Of a stretch of DNA of 32,546 nt, positions 30,753-32,546 are shown in pieces. Position 1 is the first letter of the stretch. Each line of letters begins with the position of its first letter. Origin of the DNA: Klebsormidium nitens (lineage: Eukaryota > Plantae > Klebsormidiophyceae); contig DF237770.1 in assembly GCA_000708835.1 (NCBI GenBank), positions 1 to 32,546 on the forward strand, given 5' to 3'. The notes beneath the pieces are model-generated. The model made no database searches, was not told the DNA's origin, and saw only the letters and a list, made by a program, of their open reading frames with translations. Both the position numbers and the translations under genes were made by a program.

Positions 30753-31590
30753 NNNNNNNNNNNNNNNNNNNNNNNNNNNNNNNNNNNNNNNNNNNNNNNN
30801 NNNNNNNNNNNNNNNNNNNNNNNNNNNNNNNNNNNNNNNNNNNNNNNNNNNNNNNNNNNNNNNNNNNNNNNNNNNNNNNNNNNNNNNNNNNNNNNNNNNN
30901 NNNNNNNNNNNNNNNNNNNNNNNNNNNNNNNNNNNNNNNNNNNNNNNNNNNNNNNNNNNNNNNNNNNNNNNNNNNNNNNNNNNNNNNNNNNNNNNNNNNN
31001 NNNNNNNNNNNNNNNNNNNNNNNNNNNNNNNNNNNNNNNNNNNNNNNNNNNNNNNNNNNNNNNNNNNNNNNNNNNNNNNNNNNNNNNNNNNNNNNNNNNN
31101 NNNNNNNNNNNNNNNNNNNNNNNNNNNNNNNNNNNNNNNNNNNNNNNNNNNNNNNNNNNNNNNNNNNNNNNNNNNNNNNNNNNNNNNNNNNNNNNNNNNN
31201 NNNNNNNNNNNNNNNNNNNNNNNNNNNNNNNNNNNNNNNNNNNNNNNNNNNNNNNNNNNNNNNNNNNNNNNNNNNNNNNNNNNNNNNNNNNNNNNNNNNN
31301 NNNNNNNNNNNNNNNNNNNNNNNNNNNNNNNNNNNNNNNNNNNNNNNNNNNNNNNNNNNNNNNNNNNNNNNNNNNNNNNNNNNNNNNNNNNNNNNNNNNN
31401 NNNNNNNNNNNNNNNNNNNNNNNNNNNNNNNNNNNNNNNNNNNNNNNNNNNNNNNNNNNNNNNNNNNNNNNNNNNNNNNNNNNNNNNNNNNNNNNNNNNN
31501 NNNNNNNNNNNNNNNNNNNNNNNNNNNNNNNNNNNNNNNNNNNNNNNNNNNNNNNNNNNNNNNNNNNNNNNNNNNNNNNNNNNNNNNNNN
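30753..31590. other. Assembly gap (N run)
   Basis: Run of N bases. Confidence 1.
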
Positions 31591-32546
31591 ATCGGTGCTT
31601 TTCTAAACAAAGTTCGTCAGTGGTCTGAGGTGAGCAGAAGGGAGCCCCACAGCCACCACATAAAGTCTTGGTCCTTTAAAACAGCCTGGATATCGGCACT
31701 TGATGTGGCTCTCGGCGTAGGACACCCCCTTGTGATGTAGCTCGAAAGCTTCGTTGATCAATCCTTTTCCTACAGACAGGACGAAAAAAGGTGGTAAGAG
31801 AAGAGAGACCATTGCTAGCGACCTTTTTAATCGACTGACCAGCAAGGAGACGCGGAACAGTCTTTGCTTCTCTTAGAAAGCGAATCTGCCTGGCACTTGT
31901 GGGAAATTTTGTGAAATCACCTCTTGAACCAGTCCAACGCTTGGATGCACAGTGCTTCGCCCAGCTAGCATTCCACAATCTATAGATCGCTATCCGTTTA
32001 TCATATTTCTGATCGAAGCAAGCGGTTTTTAGGGTCGTTGGCGTTACCATGACATGTCAGTAACCGCCTCATCAGAAGAATCTAGATAGACCCACCTACT
32101 CCCAGACCTCAGCCCACGTGACTGACTGCTCTCCTTTCGGCCGCTTGGTGCTGACAACCACCTTCTTGGCGTCAGGTTCATCGCCCCTTGTGCTCCGCCG
32201 AGGATTTGGTCGGATCGGATGAGAGTCGTTGTCGTCGCTGGCCGCGTCGTCTGCTCCAACGCGATCGATTGGCAAAGGTATCAAAAGCCATGGTTTCGCT
32301 GGCCAGCGCGCTCGACCCCTGCATAGCCAAATCGCAGATTCTTTTCTTTTGGCTATAGTAGTACTTGAAGAGATTGAGCTCATTCCCTGGACAAATTCCT
32401 CGTGCTGGATCACAACTTTCGCGCTGGAGTATGATTGTACACCGTCTCTGAAGCGGCGCTGAACAGAATCGACTCGGGGTGAGAGAGATACGGGCTGGAG
32501 AGACGATATACGAGGAGTTGAATACAAGCTGAAGATAGCTGTTGAG

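Noticed and set aside
28388-31610. Long ORFs spanning N runs
   Set aside because: Artefacts of translating N.
29970-32546. Short ORFs right of the retrotransposon (30141-30673, 31603-32527)
   Set aside because: Fragmented by stops, shifts and a gap, with no identifiable motifs.

Overview
Eukaryotic genomic scaffold with three N gaps. The host is probably a green alga or streptophyte (Klebsormidium-like); this is inferred from gene and transposon content. There are three zones. (1) ~1-13.3 kb is a decaying endogenous large DNA virus segment (Nucleocytoviricota-like). It holds a tyrosine recombinase C-terminus, a frameshifted Prim-Pol/D5 primase-helicase, a broken NUMOD4-HNH-NUMOD1 endonuclease, a class I ribonucleotide reductase large subunit, an F-box/XPA-like ORF, a repeat/hairpin cluster, an A18-like SF2 helicase, a BRO-N gene and small orphans. 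The reductase is split by two canonical GT-AG introns at conserved functional motifs, and each intron is almost filled by its own ORF. (2) ~13.5-22 kb is host-like or degenerate sequence: a histidine-kinase sensor-like fragment, a deleted gag relic with a 135-bp tandem array and a GTAC-dense leader, a kinase pseudogene and two divergent F-box/LRR genes. (3) 22086-29964 is a full-length Ty3/gypsy chromovirus with ATGTA target-site duplication, Met-i PBS and PPT. It has a candidate -1 frameshift site and a degenerate Dam-like adenine methyltransferase domain ahead of the protease. The leading candidate for an undescribed system is the pair of gene-carrying spliceosomal introns in the viral RNR.
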